Positions 34,286 to 43,248 of a stretch of 54,966 nucleotides of DNA are shown here, piece by piece. Origin of the DNA: an uncultured Clostridia bacterium (lineage in GTDB: Bacteria; Bacillota; Clostridia; Oscillospirales; Oscillospiraceae); NCBI GenBank assembly GCA_946620645.1, contig CAMONN010000001.1, forward strand, positions 1 to 54,966. The letters run 5' to 3'. The notes under the pieces are model-generated. The model did no database searches. It was not told the DNA's origin and saw only the letters and a program-made list of their open reading frames with translations. Position 1 is the stretch's first letter, and each line of letters starts with the position of its first letter. The translations under genes were made by a program, and so were the position numbers.

Positions 34286-35034
34286 TGATACTGGAATCTG
34301 TCATGATCGCCTTCTCCATGTTCTCCGCCATCCCCATGCCCCAAAGGGAATGGAACGAAAGGAACATGCGCTACAGCCTCTGCGCCTTTCCGCTGGTCGG
34401 AGCGGTGATCGGCGTTTGCGGGTGGGGCTGGTGGCGGCTCTGCCTGCGCTTCGCCCTGCCGCAGCTGCTGCGGGGGGCGGGGCTCTGCCTGCTGCCGGTA
34501 ATGATTACCGGGGGGATCCATCTGGACGGCTATGCCGACACCTGGGATGCCCTGGCCTGCCACGGCAGCAGAGAAAAAAGACAGGAAATTCTGAAGGACC
34601 CCCACCTCGGGGCCTTTGCCGGGATCCGGCTCTGTATGTATTTTACGGCGACCCTTGCCCTTTGGACTGTGGCGGAAGAGCTGCCGTTGACGGTGCTTAT
34701 GGGAATCTTTGCGCTTTCCAGAACGCTGTCGGGTCTGGCGCTGGTTACTTTTCCCCTGCGGGAGGGCAGCGGCCTGGCCAGGCTCTTTGCGGAAGCCGCA
34801 GAGAGAAAGGGCGTGCGTATGGCACTGCTTACACTTGGAGCGCTGCTGCTGACCCTGCTCTGCCTGAAGGGGGCCTGGCCGGCGGTGCCTGCCGCGGCAG
34901 GGGTATTCCTGGTCTGGCGGCGTATGTGCGTCAGAGATTTCGGGGGGCTTTCGGGGGACCTTGCAGGCTGGTTTGTTCAGACGGCTGAGCTTTGGATGCT
35001 TGCTGCCGTGATCCTCCGGCAGCTGATAAACTGA
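34282..35034 (+). CDS. cobS: Adenosylcobinamide-GDP ribazoletransferase (cobalamin synthase)
   Basis: Polytopic membrane protein with FSMFSAIPMP and GGIHLDGYADTWDA motifs. ATGA overlap with cobU. Confidence 0.9.
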   Translation: MMILESVMIAFSMFSAIPMPQREWNERNMRYSLCAFPLVGAVIGVCGWGWWRLCLRFALPQLLRGAGLCLLPVMITGGIHLDGYADTWDALACHGSREKRQEILKDPHLGAFAGIRLCMYFTATLALWTVAEELPLTVLMGIFALSRTLSGLALVTFPLREGSGLARLFAEAAERKGVRMALLTLGALLLTLLCLKGAWPAVPAAAGVFLVWRRMCVRDFGGLSGDLAGWFVQTAELWMLAAVILRQLIN

Positions 35035-35056
35035 GCGTCCGGCGGGGAGCGGAAAA

Positions 35057-35389
35057 ATGATATTCATTACAGGCCCGCTGTATGCGGGGAAAAAGGATTA
35101 CATCCGGGAGGCACTCCGCCTGAGCGAGGAAGACTTTCACGAAAAGGCGGTCTGGGATGTGGAGGAGCTTGCCCTCACAGAATCCCCGGAGCTGCTGGCG
35201 GAAAAGCTTGCCCGGTACGAAATTGTCATTGCAAATGAAATAGGCGGGGGACTGGTCCCGGTTACACCGGAAGAACGGGAAAAACGGGAAGCAGCAGGCA
35301 GGCTTTCCTGCCGCCTGGCCGGGAAGGCGGAAACGGTTATCCGGGTTTGCTGCGGCCTTCCGCAGCTGCTGAAGGGGGACTGGCCGTGA
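35057..35389 (+). CDS. Truncated CobU-like protein (110 aa)
   Basis: Degenerate P-loop GPLYAGKK. A canonical CobU C-terminal segment is present (IANEIGGGLVPVTPEEREKREAAGRL...VCCGLPQLLKG). The central His-containing segment is absent. Confidence 0.65.
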   Translation: MIFITGPLYAGKKDYIREALRLSEEDFHEKAVWDVEELALTESPELLAEKLARYEIVIANEIGGGLVPVTPEEREKREAAGRLSCRLAGKAETVIRVCCGLPQLLKGDWP

Positions 35390-35955
35390 CGCTCTGGATG
35401 ATACGGCACGGATTGACGGGCCTGGGAGAAGAGGGAAAGTACCAGGGACGTCTGGATGACGGTCTCTCACAGAAGGGAATTAAGGCGCTGGGAAGAGCGG
35501 ATTTCCGTCCGGGCCGGCTTTTTGTCTCCCCGGCACTGCGGGCCAGGGAGACGGCTGCGATTCTTTTTCCGGATACCAGGGCCCTGGTGCTGGAGGATCT
35601 GCGGGAGATGGACTTCGGCGCCTTTGAGGGACGGAGCTGGAAAGACATGGAAAACGACCCGGACTACCGGAGCTGGGTGGACAGCGGCTGCAGGAAGCGC
35701 TGCCCGGGGGGCGAAGACATGGCGATGTTTGCCGAACGGGTGAATGCCGCGATGGACACCGTGCTGAGGGATAAGACGGACGGCACGGTTATCGTCGCCC
35801 ACGGCGGTACCATGATGGCGGCGCTCAGCCGACGGGGAAGACCGGAGCGGGAGTACTGGAACTGGCAGCTGCCCTGCGGCTGCGGATGGATGCTGGATTA
35901 TGACCCGGATGAGGACTGCCTTCGGGTACTGCGGGAGGTTTCGTTTTTAAGATGA
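35386..35955 (+). CDS. cobC: Alpha-ribazole-5'-phosphate phosphatase
   Basis: Histidine phosphatase RHG motif (LWMIRHGLT) ... VAHGG. The start is either a GTG that overlaps the preceding stop (GTGA) or the ATG at 35398. Confidence 0.8.
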   Translation: MTLWMIRHGLTGLGEEGKYQGRLDDGLSQKGIKALGRADFRPGRLFVSPALRARETAAILFPDTRALVLEDLREMDFGAFEGRSWKDMENDPDYRSWVDSGCRKRCPGGEDMAMFAERVNAAMDTVLRDKTDGTVIVAHGGTMMAALSRRGRPEREYWNWQLPCGCGWMLDYDPDEDCLRVLREVSFLR

Positions 35956-36923
35956 GGATTCTGAGGGCGGCGGTCTGCGGTTATGGCACGGATCTCCTGC
36001 TGGGAGACCCGGAATGGCTTGCACCCGCCCATCCGGTGGTGCTGATGGGAAAGGGCATCCGGCGGCTGGAAGAACAGCTGCGGCCCCGCTTCCCGAAGAC
36101 GCCGGAAGGCGAAAGCCTGGCGGGGGCGGTGCTGGCGCTGTGCATGACGGCCGGAACCGGGCTGGGAAGTCTTGCGGCCCTGCGGCTGCTGAGGCGCCTC
36201 TCCCGGCCGCTGGGTTTTGGCCTGGAGGCACTCTGGTGCTGGCAGGCGCTGGCCGTCCGGGACTTGAGCGTTGAGGCGGAGCGGGTCCGGAGCGCACTGG
36301 AACAGGGCGGACTGGAGGCGGCCAGGGCTGCCGTCTCGAAGATCGTCGGCCGTGATACCGCTGAGCTGGAGGAGCCCGGTGTGCTCCGGGCCGCGGTTGA
36401 GACGGTGGCGGAAAATTTTGCTGACGGCATTGTTGCGCCGCTTTTTTACATGATGATCGGCGGGGCACCTCTTGCGCTGTGGTGCAAGGCGGTGAACACC
36501 ATGGACAGCATGATCGGATACAAAAACGACAAGTATCAGTATTTCGGCCGGGCGGCGGCGAAACTGGACGATGCGGTGAACTTCCTTCCGGCACGGCTGG
36601 GCGCACTGCTGCTGATGCAGGCGGCTTTTTTCTGCGGCGAGGATGTCAGGGGCGCTTTCCGCATTTGGAAGAGGGACCGGCGAAATCATGAAAGCCCCAA
36701 CTCCGGACAGTGTGAGGCTGCCATGGCGGGAGCGCTGGGCCTGCGGCTTTGCGGGCCGGCGAGCTATTCCGGAAAGCGGAAGGAGAAACCCTGGATCGGT
36801 GACGATCTGCATGAGATCAGGCCGGAGGACATTCACCGCGCCTGCCGCATGGATGAGGCAGGAAGCGCGATTGCGCTCCTGAGTTTTGGGATATTAAGGC
36901 TGATGGTGAAGGGATGGAACTGA
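35952..36923 (+). CDS. cbiB: Adenosylcobinamide-phosphate synthase
   Basis: LLLGDPEWLAPAHPVVLMGK ... membrane protein ... SPNSGQCEAAMAGALG are CbiB/CobD motifs. Confidence 0.9.
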   Translation: MRILRAAVCGYGTDLLLGDPEWLAPAHPVVLMGKGIRRLEEQLRPRFPKTPEGESLAGAVLALCMTAGTGLGSLAALRLLRRLSRPLGFGLEALWCWQALAVRDLSVEAERVRSALEQGGLEAARAAVSKIVGRDTAELEEPGVLRAAVETVAENFADGIVAPLFYMMIGGAPLALWCKAVNTMDSMIGYKNDKYQYFGRAAAKLDDAVNFLPARLGALLLMQAAFFCGEDVRGAFRIWKRDRRNHESPNSGQCEAAMAGALGLRLCGPASYSGKRKEKPWIGDDLHEIRPEDIHRACRMDEAGSAIALLSFGILRLMVKGWN

Positions 36924-37966
36924 TTCATGGCGGAGACCGGGCCGGCTACAGGATGACCTATGGCCGGGAGCCCCTGGACTTTTCGGTAAATGTCAGTCCG
37001 CTGGGGCTTCCCCGGGGAGCCCTTCGGGCGGCGGAAGAGGCGCTGAAGAGGACCGGTCAATATCCCGACCCGCTTTGCCGGGAGCTTCGGGACGCGCTGG
37101 CAGAATACCATGGAGTTTCCGCAGAGCGGATTGTGTGCGGAAACGGGGCCTCGGAACTGATTGACCGGATCTGCCGGACCAGGCGGCCGAAAGAGGCAGC
37201 GGTTTTGACACCGGGCTTTGCGGAGTATGAGCGGGCACTGAGCGCACAGAACTGCAGGATTGCAGAAATCCCGCTGATAAACGGAGAGGATTTCCGGGTG
37301 AGCGAGGAAACCGTGCGCGCGATACCGGAAAGCTGCGAGCTGCTGTTTCTCTGCAATCCCAACAACCCAACCGGGCTTCTGGCGGAAGAGGGGGCAGTAA
37401 GGGCCCTTCTGGAGCGCTGCCGCGAGACGGGGATGCTGCTGGTGGCGGACGAGTGCTTTCTGGATTTTACGGAGAAACCGGAAAGGTACAGTCTGATTCC
37501 GGCGCTGGAGCATGGCCGGAACCTTGCGGTCCTGCGGGCGTTTACCAAGACCTGGGCCATGGCGGGGCTGAGACTCGGCTATGTTCTCTGCGGGAACCAA
37601 AAGCTGGCGGAAGCCCTTCAGGACGCCGGGCAGCCCTGGCCGGTCTCATCGGTGGCGCAGGCTGCGGGAGCGGCTGCCCTGGGGGAGCGGGACTACCTGC
37701 CGAAGCTTCGGAATCTGATTACCGCCGAGAGAACGCGGATGATCCGGGGGCTGGAAACCCTGGGATTCCGGGTCATCCACGGGGAGGCGAATTTCCTTCT
37801 GTTTCAGACGGAGCACAGGGATCTTTTCCACCGGCTGGCGGAAAAAGGCATCCTGATCCGGGACTGCGGGAATTTTCCGGGCCTCGGCAGCGGCTGGTTC
37901 CGGGTCGCTGTGCGGACGCCGGAGGAAAACAGCCGGCTGCTTCAGACGATGGGGGAGGTGCTTTGA
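36914..37966 (+). CDS. cobD: L-threonine-O-3-phosphate decarboxylase (class I/II aminotransferase fold)
   Basis: HGGD start ... LDFSVNVSPLG ... NPNNPTG ... the PLP Lys lies in the FTKTWAMAGLRLGY context. Confidence 0.85.
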   Translation: MELIHGGDRAGYRMTYGREPLDFSVNVSPLGLPRGALRAAEEALKRTGQYPDPLCRELRDALAEYHGVSAERIVCGNGASELIDRICRTRRPKEAAVLTPGFAEYERALSAQNCRIAEIPLINGEDFRVSEETVRAIPESCELLFLCNPNNPTGLLAEEGAVRALLERCRETGMLLVADECFLDFTEKPERYSLIPALEHGRNLAVLRAFTKTWAMAGLRLGYVLCGNQKLAEALQDAGQPWPVSSVAQAAGAAALGERDYLPKLRNLITAERTRMIRGLETLGFRVIHGEANFLLFQTEHRDLFHRLAEKGILIRDCGNFPGLGSGWFRVAVRTPEENSRLLQTMGEVL

Positions 37967-37968
37967 AG

Positions 37969-39468
37969 ATGGCCAAGCGCATCATGGTGCAGGGAACCAT
38001 GTCCGGTGCGGGCAAGAGCCTGCTGGTGACGGCGCTTTGCCGGATCTTCCTTCAGGACGGCTTGCGGGTTGCCCCCTTTAAGAGCCAGAATATGGCGCTG
38101 AACAGTTTTGTGACGCCGGACGGGCTGGAGCTTGGCCGGGCCCAGGCGGCGCAGGCGGAGGCAGCGGGACTGGAGTGCGATGTGCGCATGAATCCGGTCC
38201 TCCTCAAGCCCACCGGCGATACGGGAAGCCAGCTGGTTGTCATGGGTGAGGTCCGCGGACACTATGACGCGGGGGAATATTTCCGGATGAAACGGGAGCT
38301 GGTTCCGGTCATCCTTTCGGCGTACCGGAGCCTTGCCGCGGAAAATGACGTGATTGTTATTGAGGGAGCGGGATCCCCGGCGGAAATCAATCTCCGGGAA
38401 CAGGATATTGTCAACATGGGCCTGGCCGGGCTGGTGAATGCGCCGGTTCTGCTGGCGGGTGATATTGACCGGGGCGGCGTGTTTGCGCAGCTGTACGGAA
38501 CGGTTGCCCTCCTACGGCCGGAGGAACGGGCCCGCGTTATCGGAACGGTGATCAACAAGTTTCGCGGCGATGTCGGGCTCCTGAGACCGGGGCTCCGGCA
38601 GCTGGAAGAACTGACCGGCGTTCCGGTCCTGGGCGTAGTACCCTGGCTGGATGCAGATTTGGACGATGAAGACAGCCTTGCCCCGCGCCTTGAAGGGAAG
38701 AAAACAGACCGCCCGCTGGATATCGCGGTGCTGAGGCTGCCGCATTTATCGAATTTTACGGATTTTTCCCCGCTGGAAGCGCACCCCGCCCTCGGCGTGC
38801 GCTATGTCCGGCAGCGTGAAAAACTCGGCCGGCCGGATCTGATCATTCTGCCGGGCACCAAGAACACCATGAGCGACCTGCTGTGGCTGCGGAGAAGCGG
38901 ACTGGATGAGGCGGTGATTGCTGCAGCTGCCGGAGGGACACCGGTGCTGGGAGTCTGCGGCGGATACCAGATGCTGGGCGGGAGGCTTTCGGATCCCGTG
39001 GGAGTGGAGATGAAAGGATCGCTTCCCGGCCTGGGGCTGCTTCCGGGCAGTACTGTGTTTACAGGAGAGAAAACCCGGGTCCGCAGGAAGGCTGTCTGCA
39101 CGGCAGAGCTGATGGCGGGGGCTGCGATCACGGGATATGAGATTCACATGGGCAGAACCGACGCCGGCGGCGCGGGAAGCTTCTGCCGCAGGGAAGACGG
39201 GAGTGAAGACGGAGCCGCCTGCGGACAGGTGTTCGGAACCTACCTGCACGGACTGTTTGACAGCGGAGAGGCCGTGGAAAAGCTGGCGGAGTACCTGGCG
39301 GCGAGGAAAGGAATCAGGCTGCCTCATGTCCGGGTGGAGCCCCGGATTGAATACCGGAACCGGCAGTACGACCGGCTGGCGGAGGCGGTAAGGCGCAGCT
39401 TGGACATGGGGAAAATTTACCGGGCCATGGAGGAATTTGGCGATGAAGCGGCTGCCGGGGGAAATTGA
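37969..39468 (+). CDS. cbiP: Cobyric acid synthase
   Basis: MAKRIMVQGTMSGAGKS ... FKSQNMALNS ... a GATase domain (GVCGGYQMLG). The track ORF's 5' extension (37453-37968) overlaps cobD out of frame. Confidence 0.9.
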   Translation: MAKRIMVQGTMSGAGKSLLVTALCRIFLQDGLRVAPFKSQNMALNSFVTPDGLELGRAQAAQAEAAGLECDVRMNPVLLKPTGDTGSQLVVMGEVRGHYDAGEYFRMKRELVPVILSAYRSLAAENDVIVIEGAGSPAEINLREQDIVNMGLAGLVNAPVLLAGDIDRGGVFAQLYGTVALLRPEERARVIGTVINKFRGDVGLLRPGLRQLEELTGVPVLGVVPWLDADLDDEDSLAPRLEGKKTDRPLDIAVLRLPHLSNFTDFSPLEAHPALGVRYVRQREKLGRPDLIILPGTKNTMSDLLWLRRSGLDEAVIAAAAGGTPVLGVCGGYQMLGGRLSDPVGVEMKGSLPGLGLLPGSTVFTGEKTRVRRKAVCTAELMAGAAITGYEIHMGRTDAGGAGSFCRREDGSEDGAACGQVFGTYLHGLFDSGEAVEKLAEYLAARKGIRLPHVRVEPRIEYRNRQYDRLAEAVRRSLDMGKIYRAMEEFGDEAAAGGN

Positions 39469-40105
39469 AAGAGAAAGCTTTTCCATAATCCGTTCGGAAC
39501 TGGAGGGGCGCGGGATCCGGCTGCCGAAGGAAAGCGAGGCGGTGATTCTGCGGTGTATTCACACAAGCGCCGACTTCGATTATGCGGAAAACCTGAGGTT
39601 TACCCCGGAGGCCGTTTCCCTCGGGGTCCGGGCCATGCAGAGAGGAGCTTCTGTCGTGACGGACACCAATATGGCTCTCGCCGGCATCAGCAGGCCAGGT
39701 CTTGCGAAGCTGGGGGGCGCGGCGTACTGCTTTATGGCGGAGGAAGAGGTTGCCGGGGCGGCGAAAGCGGCCGGAACCACCCGGGCGGCAGCTGCAGTGG
39801 ATTTCGCCGCGGAGCGGTTTCCCGAGGCGGTCTTCGCCGTCGGCAATGCCCCCACTGCCCTGCTTCGCCTTGCTGAAAAAATCGATGAAGGACTGAGGCC
39901 GGCCCTCGTTGTCGGAGTGCCGGTGGGCTTTGTCAATGTGGTTGAAAGCAAGGAACGGATCCTGCAGGTCTGCAGGGATAAGGGGATTCCGGCAATCGTG
40001 GCGCTGGGCCGCAAGGGCGGCAGCGGTATTGCGGCGGCAGTCTGCAATGCGCTGATCTACACGGCGGCGGGAATGCTGGACCCAAAGGATCGAGGCTGGA
40101 AATGA
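39443..40105 (+). CDS. cbiC: Cobalt-precorrin-8 methylmutase
   Basis: EIERESFSIIRSEL ... RCIHTSADFDY ... VGNAPTAL ... GVPVGFV are CbiC/CobH motifs. The ATG is 8 nt after GGAGGA. Confidence 0.9.
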   Translation: MKRLPGEIERESFSIIRSELEGRGIRLPKESEAVILRCIHTSADFDYAENLRFTPEAVSLGVRAMQRGASVVTDTNMALAGISRPGLAKLGGAAYCFMAEEEVAGAAKAAGTTRAAAAVDFAAERFPEAVFAVGNAPTALLRLAEKIDEGLRPALVVGVPVGFVNVVESKERILQVCRDKGIPAIVALGRKGGSGIAAAVCNALIYTAAGMLDPKDRGWK

Positions 40106-40374
40106 ACTATCAGTTTTTTCAAAACCGGGACTGCGAGTTTTTCCCCTGCCATCAGGGGGTTCGGGAGGAAGACTTCAACTGTCTGTTCTGCTACTGTCCG
40201 CTCTACGCCCTCGGCGAAGACTGCGGCGGGGACTGCAGCTATACCGGGGGCGGCGTGAAGAGCTGTATGAACTGCGTCTTCCCCCACCGGAGAGAGAATT
40301 ACAACGCCCTGCTTGAGCGCCTTCAGGCAATCCGTGCTCTCGCAGGGAAACGGGGAGACGGCCATGAGGTTTGA
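40102..40374 (+). CDS. Cysteine-rich small-domain protein (90 aa), function unknown
   Basis: Nine Cys in the first 58 residues (C11, 16, 27, 30, 32, 41, 45, 55, 58) within CEFFPCH...NCLFCYCPLY...CGGDC...CMNC. ATGA overlap with cbiC, and an 11-nt overlap with cbiD. Confidence 0.7.
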   Translation: MNYQFFQNRDCEFFPCHQGVREEDFNCLFCYCPLYALGEDCGGDCSYTGGGVKSCMNCVFPHRRENYNALLERLQAIRALAGKRGDGHEV

Positions 40375-41500
40375 GCACTATATTCGCAGCGGGACAAAAC
40401 GCCTGCGCTGCGGATATACCACCGGGACCTGCGCCGCCCTTGCGGCGGCGGGCGCCGTGATGCTGCTGCTGAAGGGGGAAGCGCCGGAAATTCTGGAGCT
40501 TATGACGCCGAAAGGGCTTCCGGTGGAGACGGAACCCGCTTTCTGCCGCAGAGAAGGCGAAGAGGCCCTGTGCGGTGTCTGCAAGGACGCGGGCGACGAC
40601 CCGGATGTGACAGACGGCCTTCTGATCTGCGCCCGGGTGCGGAGAACGGAGACAGGAATCACCGTGGACGGCGGCGAAGGCATCGGCCGCGTTACAAAGC
40701 CCGGACTGGACCAGCCGGTGGGTGCGGCGGCCATCAACTCTGTGCCCAGGAAGATGATTCTTGAGGCGGCCGGGAGTGTCTGCGAAGCCTGCGGCTATCG
40801 GGGAGGCCTGGCCATTGAGATTTTTGCACCCGACGGGAAAGCGACGGGTGAAAAAACCTTTAACCCGCAGCTGGGCATCGAGGGAGGAATTTCCATCCTC
40901 GGCACATCGGGCATCGTCGAGCCCATGAGTGAGCGCGCCATTGTGGAGACCACCGCCCTGGAAATCCGGCAGGCGGCGGAGAGCGGCTCCCGCAGGATCG
41001 TTCTGCTGCCGGGGAATTACGGCCTGGACTACCTGACCGGCGAACTCCCGGAGCTTGCAGCGGTACCCCGGGCGAAATGCTCAAACTACATCGGGGATGC
41101 GATCGACTGCGCCCGCCTGGAGGGCTTTCAGGAGCTTCTGCTGGTGGGGCATGTCGGGAAACTGGTCAAACTGGCAGGCGGCATCATGAACACCCACTCC
41201 AGGGTCGCGGACTGCAGAAGGGAGCTCTTTACCGCCCATGCGGCGCTCTGCGGAGCAGACGCCGGGACCTGCAGGATGCTGATGCAGGAAGTCAGCAGTG
41301 ACGGCTGCCTCAGAGTCCTGGAGGAGGCCGGGCTTCGCGATGAGGTTCTGCGAAGCCTTCTGGAGGCCCTGCAGCGGCAGCTTTCCCGCCGCGCCGAGGG
41401 CATGCGGGCGGGGGCGCTGATGTTTTCCCGGACAGCGGGATTCCTCGGGCTTACGGAGGAGGCGGAGAGTCTGCTGCGGGAATGGAGGACGGGACAGTGA
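40364..41500 (+). CDS. cbiD: Cobalt-precorrin-5B C1-methyltransferase
   Basis: LRCGYTTGTCAAL ... DAGDDPDVT ... GISILGTSGIVEPMS are CbiD hallmarks. Confidence 0.9.
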   Translation: MRFEHYIRSGTKRLRCGYTTGTCAALAAAGAVMLLLKGEAPEILELMTPKGLPVETEPAFCRREGEEALCGVCKDAGDDPDVTDGLLICARVRRTETGITVDGGEGIGRVTKPGLDQPVGAAAINSVPRKMILEAAGSVCEACGYRGGLAIEIFAPDGKATGEKTFNPQLGIEGGISILGTSGIVEPMSERAIVETTALEIRQAAESGSRRIVLLPGNYGLDYLTGELPELAAVPRAKCSNYIGDAIDCARLEGFQELLLVGHVGKLVKLAGGIMNTHSRVADCRRELFTAHAALCGADAGTCRMLMQEVSSDGCLRVLEEAGLRDEVLRSLLEALQRQLSRRAEGMRAGALMFSRTAGFLGLTEEAESLLREWRTGQ

Positions 41501-42516
41501 ACGGGGAGAGAAGGCCGGCGGGAAGAGGAACCGCACTGACCGCCTTTACCACCCGGGGAACCGTACTGGCTGAAGCGCTGGCCGCGGCCCTGGACGGACA
41601 TCTGCGGACCGAAGATGAGCCGCTGGCGAACTGGGCCCGGCGGAGCTTTGAAAGCTGCGAGGCGCTTGTTTTTGTCGGGGCCGCCGGCATTGCAGTGCGG
41701 ACCGTGGCGCCGCTGATCCGGAACAAGACGGAAGATCCGGCGGTGGTCTGCGTGGATGAGACGGGACGCTGGGTGATCCCGCTCCTTTCCGGACACCTGG
41801 GGGGAGCCAACGCTCTGGCGGAGAGGATTGCCTCCCTCACCGGCGGCGAGGCGGTCATCACTACGGCGACAGATCTGAACGGCGCCTTTGCGGTGGATCT
41901 CTGGGCGAAAAAACAGGGAATGAGCATCCTGCAGCCGGAGAGAATTAAACGGATTTCAGCCGGAATTCTCCGGGCGGAGACCGCAACGTTTGTCTGCGAC
42001 CGGCCGATTGAGGGAGCGCCGCCGGAACATGTGAAGGTAGAGCGCGGCACCGACGGGGATCCCCCGGCGGATGTGCGTGTTTCTTTCCGCGTCATAAGCT
42101 CTTCCGCCCTGCAGCTGGTGCCGAGAGTGCTGACGCTGGGCATCGGCTGCCGGCGGGGGACAGAGGCGTCCGTACTGGAAGCGGCGCTGGAAGACTTTTG
42201 CACGGAACGCCGGATCCTTCCGCAGGCAGTGGAACAGGCCGCAAGTATTGACCGGAAGCAGGATGAAGCCGGCCTGATCAGCTTCTGCGAGAAGCATGGC
42301 TGGCCGCTGAGGTTTTTCAGCGCCGGGGAACTCGGAAGTCAGGAGGGGAGCTTCTCCGGCTCCGCCTTTGTGGAAGCGACGGTGGGCGTGGACAATGTCT
42401 GCGAGCGGGCGGCAGTTTGCGGGGCGGGCGGAGAGCTGATAGAGAAAAAATATGCCCGGGCCGGGGTGACCTTTGCCCTGGCCGAACGGCCGGCTGTCTA
42501 TGATTGGAGCACCTGA
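41482..42516 (+). CDS. cbiG: Cobalt-precorrin-5A hydrolase
   Basis: FVGAAGIAVR..APL...DPAVVCVDE.G...IPLLSGHLGGAN and C-terminal LGIGCRRG are CbiG motifs. The start could alternatively be the GTG at 41497, which overlaps the cbiD stop. Confidence 0.85.
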   Translation: MEDGTVNGERRPAGRGTALTAFTTRGTVLAEALAAALDGHLRTEDEPLANWARRSFESCEALVFVGAAGIAVRTVAPLIRNKTEDPAVVCVDETGRWVIPLLSGHLGGANALAERIASLTGGEAVITTATDLNGAFAVDLWAKKQGMSILQPERIKRISAGILRAETATFVCDRPIEGAPPEHVKVERGTDGDPPADVRVSFRVISSSALQLVPRVLTLGIGCRRGTEASVLEAALEDFCTERRILPQAVEQAASIDRKQDEAGLISFCEKHGWPLRFFSAGELGSQEGSFSGSAFVEATVGVDNVCERAAVCGAGGELIEKKYARAGVTFALAERPAVYDWST

Positions 42517-42519
42517 TAT

Positions 42520-43248
42520 ATGGGAAAACTGTATGTAGTGGGAATGGGACCCGGCAATGAGAAGAGCCTTTCCCTCCGGGCCCGCGACGCCCTGGAGGCG
42601 GCGGAGAGGATCTGCGGCTATACCGTCTATGTGGACCTTATAAAACCCCTGTTTCCTGAAAAACAGTATCACAGCACCGGCATGACCGGTGAACTGGAAC
42701 GCTGCCGCTTCTGCCTGGAGCGCGCGGAAGCCGGGGAGACCCTTGCGCTGGTCTGCAGCGGCGATGCGGGGGTCTACGGAATGGCGGGGCCCGTACTGGA
42801 GCTGAAACCGGCGTATCCCGGGGCGGAGGTGGAGATTATTCCGGGGATCACGGCAGCCCTGTCCGGCGCTGCGCTGCTGGGAGCGCCGCTGGGGAACGAC
42901 TTCTGCGTGATTTCTCTGTCGGACCGTCTCACCCCTTGGGCACAGATTGAAAAACGGCTGAGAAAGGCGGCGGAGGGAGAGTTTGTCCTCTGCCTGTACA
43001 ATCCCGCCTCCCGGCACCGGCGGGACCATCTGCGGCGGGCCTGTGACGTCCTGCTGGAGATCCTGGACCCGGATACTGTCTGCGGCCTCGCACGGCAGGT
43101 GGGCCGGGAGGGAGAGTATTTCGAAATCACAAGTCTGAAGACTCTTCGGGATGCGGACGCAGATATGTTTACTACAGTGTTTATCGGGTCTGCCCGAACC
43201 GTGGAGCTGGCGGGACGCATGGTAACACCCCGGGGGTACCGCAGATGA
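42520..43248 (+). CDS. cbiH: Cobalt-factor III / precorrin-3B C17-methyltransferase
   Basis: MGKLYVVGMGPG ... CGYTVY ... CSGDAGVYGMAG. Confidence 0.9.
   Translation: MGKLYVVGMGPGNEKSLSLRARDALEAAERICGYTVYVDLIKPLFPEKQYHSTGMTGELERCRFCLERAEAGETLALVCSGDAGVYGMAGPVLELKPAYPGAEVEIIPGITAALSGAALLGAPLGNDFCVISLSDRLTPWAQIEKRLRKAAEGEFVLCLYNPASRHRRDHLRRACDVLLEILDPDTVCGLARQVGREGEYFEITSLKTLRDADADMFTTVFIGSARTVELAGRMVTPRGYRR

Noticed and set aside
37453-37968. 5' extension of the cbiP/cobQ ORF (172 extra codons).
   Set aside because: It overlaps cobD in another frame. The extension is Gly/Ala/Arg-rich. The canonical CobQ N-terminus (MAKRIMVQGTMSGAGKS) starts at 37969.
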